A DNA stretch of 64,000 nt, taken from IMG/VR virus record IMGVR_UViG_3300021197_001481, positions 22,817 to 86,816 of that record, one strand, 5' to 3'. Every line of letters starts with the position of its first letter. Position 1 is the first letter of the stretch. Below the pieces are notes generated by a model, which did no database searches, was not told the DNA's origin, and saw only the letters and a list, made by a program, of their open reading frames with translations. The translations under genes were made by a program, and so were the position numbers. The DNA is from a virus. Positions 60,140 to 64,000 of the stretch are shown in pieces.

Positions 60140-61518
60140 GCAGACCCACCGTTACACTATGCATGATCGTTAAAGATGAAGAACATATTATTCATGAGTG
60201 TTTGGATTCGATGAAACCATACGTTGATCGATATGATATCACCGACACGGGTTCGACCGATAGAACCAAAGAAATTATTAAAGAGTGGGGAGAAAAGAAT
60301 AACATTCCCGGAACTGTCTACGACGCTCCTTGGCGTGGGTTTGGTAAGTCTCGTACAGAATCTCTGAGAAACGCAGACAAGGGTGGTGCAGACTACTCTT
60401 GGGTAATTGATGCTGATGATAAAGTCGGAGGAAACTTTGTTTACCCTCCCCAGTTTGGGCAACACTGTGGGTATACTCTTAAGATTAATAGAGGAGACTT
60501 TGAGTGGTGGAGAAATCAAATCTTCAAGAACAATATGGGGTGGGAGTATGTTGGTGTAATTCACGAATATGCAAACTGCCCTAAACTTGAAGAAGAAGCA
60601 GCAGCAGGTCGAGGAACCGCCAGACTTGCAGGAGATTACTTCATCGATGCCCGAACAATGGGTAATAGAACAAAAGAATTTGATGTTCAATTAAAAGAGG
60701 GCGAGCAAGAAACTCCGGGACAAGAGCAGTGGAGAAAGAAGTATCTTGCAGATGCAGAAACTATTCTTGATTGTTTGACAAATCCCGAGAATGAAAACTA
60801 CGAACCAGATAATCTTAGATATTACTTCTACCTTGCACAATCATACTTTGACGGTGGTGACTTCAAGAGTGCGAAAGAGTGGTACGAGAAGCGAGCAGAG
60901 AAGGGTGGATGGGAAGAGGAGCAGTGGTACTCTGTTCTTCGTGTCGCAATGTGTATGACCAATATGGGTGAGAAGTGGCAAGACTCACAAGATGTATTCT
61001 TACAGGCATACAATCTTAGACATACCCGAGTAGAACCTTTATTCAATCTTGCCAGAATTCATCGATTAAATGGAAATCCTAAACTGGGATATCTTTTTGC
61101 TAAGATGGGATGTCAGATAACGCTTCCACCACAAGATGTTCTTTTTGTGGCAAAAGATGTATATGAATGGCAAATCTTCGATGAACTTGCATCCACTGCA
61201 TGGTATACCGGAGATATGCAAGCAGGTCTCCTAGCATCTAATAAACTTCTTAGCGAAAAGAAGTATCCAGAAGAACACCATGAACGTATTCTAAACAACT
61301 GGAAGCAGTATGTTGCTTGGCAAGAAGAGCAAGAAAAGCAACAAAAGGCAGCAGAAGCAGAACATACCAAGCAAAGAATCTTACATGAAGAAGCACAGCG
61401 TCAAGAAACAGAGAAAAGAAAACTCGAAACTAAGAATCGGGAACAACAAAAGAAGATAAATAAGAGGAGACAGAAGCAAAAAAATGCGAGCAAGTCTCGT
61501 AAAGCATCGAGGAGATGA
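60136..61518 (+). CDS. GT2 glycosyltransferase with TPR domain (protein O-glycosyltransferase type)
   Basis: LCMIVKDE, DTGSTD.T, W.GFG..R...L, IDADD, G.IHE, followed by TPR helices (YYFYLAQSYFD...A..WY) and a coiled-coil/basic tail. Confidence 0.88.
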   Translation: MSRPTVTLCMIVKDEEHIIHECLDSMKPYVDRYDITDTGSTDRTKEIIKEWGEKNNIPGTVYDAPWRGFGKSRTESLRNADKGGADYSWVIDADDKVGGNFVYPPQFGQHCGYTLKINRGDFEWWRNQIFKNNMGWEYVGVIHEYANCPKLEEEAAAGRGTARLAGDYFIDARTMGNRTKEFDVQLKEGEQETPGQEQWRKKYLADAETILDCLTNPENENYEPDNLRYYFYLAQSYFDGGDFKSAKEWYEKRAEKGGWEEEQWYSVLRVAMCMTNMGEKWQDSQDVFLQAYNLRHTRVEPLFNLARIHRLNGNPKLGYLFAKMGCQITLPPQDVLFVAKDVYEWQIFDELASTAWYTGDMQAGLLASNKLLSEKKYPEEHHERILNNWKQYVAWQEEQEKQQKAAEAEHTKQRILHEEAQRQETEKRKLETKNREQQKKINKRRQKQKNASKSRKASRR

Positions 61519-61521
61519 TAC

Positions 61522-61959
61522 ATGGCATCCGGTAGATATGACATAACCGCAGAACAAGGAGTTACTTTCAAACTCCACCTTCGTTATAGTGATTCTAATG
61601 ACACTTTTATCGATTTAGATCCTGACTTGGGGTGGACAGGAAGACTTCAGGTTCGTCGTTCCCCTGACGATCCGGATATTTTATTGCATGTTACAACCAA
61701 TGGTGTAACTGGTGGTGGAGTAACAGGGGAATTTGTTTCTGGTGCAGGAGTTGTCGGTTCTGGTGGTATCACCATGAACGCATCTGCCACGGGCGGCACT
61801 GGTTTAAGTGGAGGCGTTTTGATTGGTATTGATGCATCTAGCATGTCTAACGTCCCCAAAGGGAATCACTTCTATGATCTAGAAATTGTCAAAGATGGCA
61901 CTATTGTGACAAGACTTCTCAATGGTAGATTCAGTGTCGATAGGGAAATCACTAGATGA
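61522..61959 (+). CDS. Virion structural protein (BppU/baseplate-upper-like Ig fold)
   Basis: YDI..EQG.TF, LQVR, YDLEI......TRLL.G.F.V..EIT pattern with a Gly/Thr-rich insert. Confidence 0.6.
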   Translation: MASGRYDITAEQGVTFKLHLRYSDSNDTFIDLDPDLGWTGRLQVRRSPDDPDILLHVTTNGVTGGGVTGEFVSGAGVVGSGGITMNASATGGTGLSGGVLIGIDASSMSNVPKGNHFYDLEIVKDGTIVTRLLNGRFSVDREITR

Positions 61960-64000
61960 GTAACAAAATTACTATTACGGCGTTACCCGGTAACGTAACA
62001 CTTACCGATTCTGGCGTAAAGACCAACGTGATTCAAGTCGCACAGGGTGTCGTCGCCGGTGGTGGTGTTGGTCAGGATGGTTCACAAGGAGATCACGGTA
62101 CAACCGGAAACACAGGTGCAACTGGTGCAACTGGTGCTACTGGAAACACAGGTGCAACTGGTAACACTGGTAATGATGGTGGCAATACATTTGGTATTCC
62201 GGGTGGTTTTGGTTTCTTTACACGCTTCGATGGAACAACTGGAACAACTTTACCAGTCCCAGAGGGTAGTAATAATTATCCGGGAGCGTTTAAGTTTGCT
62301 TTTGGTCATGGATCAGGAACAGCAGGAACAGGAGATGTTCCGAATTGGCCGGACTCAGGTGCTTTTTACCCGCAAGAACTTTACATAAGTGAATATAGTT
62401 ATAATGGTGTGAAGGGTTCTCATATTCCCAACCTCATTACACTCTTGATGGGTGCATCCGGAGGGACTATCCAGTGGGGCAGTGCCGGTCAACAAGCAAC
62501 TGCTGTTGCAATTTGCAAACTGACACAAATGCTGCCATATGCTCGCGGAGAGGATTCGCCCTCAGCAAATAGAACTCCTGTTGAAGCATGGTTCATGGTG
62601 AAACCCGGATTAGATTATGCCAGTCAAGGTGCGGATGGAAGTGGGAATCATACAATTCCTATTCAGAGAATTGATGAAGCAGGTACTAGACCAGTATTCC
62701 CATATAATGATTCTGGTAGATCCGGTGGAACAGGACCAGTCCAAGATGGAGATGTATTCTATCTTAGTTTCCAACCAATCTTCGGTGTAGGGGGAGGCGG
62801 CAGCGAGAGTTCGGGTGGAGGCACTGCATATCAAGCAGGAGATGGACTCACGCTAGATGTTGCTGGTGGAACCTTTGGTATTGATCCAACTGCAATCATT
62901 AATGTCGCTGGTGTAACTGGTAATGATTCTGCGATGGAATTCAGAAAGATCTCTGCATTCCCGTCCGACCTCACCGAACTTGCGTTAGTAGTCGATGGTG
63001 ATGACAAGTTGCGGATTCGTGATAATAAGTACCAGATAGATACCAAAGTCATCATCGACAACGGACTTCTCGAAGTCAAGGGCGGTGCGAGTATAACCGG
63101 TGGATTACTTCTTCAGGGATCATCCCCCGGATTAACTGTACAATCTTCTAATATCTTTGAAACAGTTCTTCATGCCAACGCAGGAATTTCTACTGATAAG
63201 GGAATTACTTTCTCTGATGGAACTCATCAGTTGACTGCTCCCGCTACAGTATCGCCTGCATTCCTTTCTGGCGGCGAAGGCGTAACTGGTATAACTCAAT
63301 ATAGAGCAACCGGTGGTGTTGTTCTAGACAACGCTGGCGGAACATTCTCACTCGATGGTGAGTATGATGCTAACTTTACATCATTAACAACTACTTTAAC
63401 AGTGAAATCCAACTCAGTCCTTGCTGCTGCCGGTGGTATCTCTGCGGACAAGGGAATTACCTTCCCCGATGGTACTCATCAGACGACTGCTCCAAACGTG
63501 GTTAGTCCAGCAGGAGCAGGAAACTTTTCTGCTACCGTCCCGTACACATATACTGCTCCTACGACCACTCAAATTGCTAATGCAGATGGTGCATTTATAT
63601 ACAATAGTAATAATGTTCTATCGATATTCAAGCAAGGCAGTAATGGTAGTAGTGAAGATCTTTCTGCGACGTTTCAGGATATTGTAGATACAGGTTCAAG
63701 TGGAAAAATTGGTATACGATTTGGTGCCTCAAACGAAGAACGGTTTTTCTTTTTCTCTGGTGGGAATCCGACCTTCGCCTCGAATAGATTTAATTTCACT
63801 GCCACGGATCAGGTTCCGGGTTCTACTCTTGGGGATGGTAAGGCAGTTGAGTTGCGAGTTTATGTTGATAACCCAACAACAGCAGCAACCACTCACTTCC
63901 GCTTCCCAGACGGAACAAATGCTACCAGTATTGTTACAAGTTTCAATGGTACTACTGGTGCCGTCGAAGGTGTGGCAAGTGTAAACGGTGCGACTGGTGC
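61956..64000 (+). CDS. Collagen-like tail fibre protein (3'-truncated)
   Basis: ATGA-coupled start MSNKITIT...; G-X-Y repeat, GITF.DGT repeats and VTSFNGTTGAV/VASVNGATGA at the window end are in the same frame; missing from the ORF track, consistent with no stop in the window. Confidence 0.8.
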   Translation, partial: MSNKITITALPGNVTLTDSGVKTNVIQVAQGVVAGGGVGQDGSQGDHGTTGNTGATGATGATGNTGATGNTGNDGGNTFGIPGGFGFFTRFDGTTGTTLPVPEGSNNYPGAFKFAFGHGSGTAGTGDVPNWPDSGAFYPQELYISEYSYNGVKGSHIPNLITLLMGASGGTIQWGSAGQQATAVAICKLTQMLPYARGEDSPSANRTPVEAWFMVKPGLDYASQGADGSGNHTIPIQRIDEAGTRPVFPYNDSGRSGGTGPVQDGDVFYLSFQPIFGVGGGGSESSGGGTAYQAGDGLTLDVAGGTFGIDPTAIINVAGVTGNDSAMEFRKISAFPSDLTELALVVDGDDKLRIRDNKYQIDTKVIIDNGLLEVKGGASITGGLLLQGSSPGLTVQSSNIFETVLHANAGISTDKGITFSDGTHQLTAPATVSPAFLSGGEGVTGITQYRATGGVVLDNAGGTFSLDGEYDANFTSLTTTLTVKSNSVLAAAGGISADKGITFPDGTHQTTAPNVVSPAGAGNFSATVPYTYTAPTTTQIANADGAFIYNSNNVLSIFKQGSNGSSEDLSATFQDIVDTGSSGKIGIRFGASNEERFFFFSGGNPTFASNRFNFTATDQVPGSTLGDGKAVELRVYVDNPTTAATTHFRFPDGTNATSIVTSFNGTTGAVEGVASVNGATG
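62070..62177 (+). repeat. Collagen-like repeat, 12 Gly-X-Y triplets, 8 of them with Thr at Y
   Basis: GQD GSQ GDH GTT GNT GAT GAT GAT GNT GAT GNT GND; 9-nt ggtgcaact-type units. Confidence 0.9.
63172..63495 (+). repeat. Duplicated ~24-aa module in the fibre
   Basis: AGISTDKGITFSDGTHQLTAP (~63180-63243) and GGISADKGITFPDGTHQTTAP (~63432-63495). Confidence 0.75.

Noticed and set aside
48048-61518. Glycan island as a DNA hypermodification system
   Set aside because: No base-modifying enzymes (hydroxymethylase, TET/JBP, T4 alpha/beta-glucosyltransferase) are in the window; the GT families are surface/protein glycan types, and strong restriction-site avoidance argues the DNA is not shielded
742-61959. 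None of the ~60 called genes ends in TAG, suggesting possible amber recoding
   Set aside because: Genes are full length under the standard code with no in-frame TAG, and TAG is rare in T4-like phages anyway, so there is no evidence of reassignment
62047-63984. Track ORFs 62047..62388, 63421..63687 and 63700..63984
   Set aside because: Off-frame shadows of the long open fibre gene starting at 61956
1-64000. Many 60-180 aa minus-strand ORFs
   Set aside because: All lie antisense to well-supported plus-strand genes and show no recognisable motifs
1-64000. tRNA, CRISPR array, intron, intein, homing endonuclease or transposase
   Set aside because: Intergenic gaps are under ~90 nt, I saw no repeat-spacer pattern, and gp17, gp20, gp23, UvsW and gp46 are uninterrupted and of normal length

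Overview
A 64-kb, all plus-strand, gene-dense segment of a large T4-like myovirus, organised like marine cyanophage/pelagimyophage genomes. From 1 to 33 kb lies the virion module: fibre C-terminus, beta-helix protein, PAAR, gp25, gp6, gp7, gp8, VrlC-like protein, fibre-like proteins, gp13-gp23 and gp3. From 33 to 48 kb lie recombination, transcription and replication genes (uvsY, uvsW, gp55, gp47, gp46, dam, denV-like, galE, rnh, gp45, gp44, gp62, regA) with small insertions. From 48 to 61.5 kb lies a glycan island (two GT25-like, two GT11, Fcl/ColC, ColD-type dehydratase, GT6, GT10-like, DegT, GT-D-like, RmlA/C/B, GT2-TPR) running straight into a Gly-X-Thr collagen-like fibre gene. Main hypothesis: a virion-wide O-glycosylation system, because a G-[AVILMF]-T tripeptide is strongly enriched in inserted loops of many tail, neck and baseplate proteins and nearly absent from non-virion proteins. 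Also notable are near-total avoidance of RGCY and CCWGG, a degenerate late promoter (TA[C/G/A]ATA), leaderless genes, and a Planctomycete-type dockerin inside gp7. All calls come from reading motifs by eye; no database searches were run.
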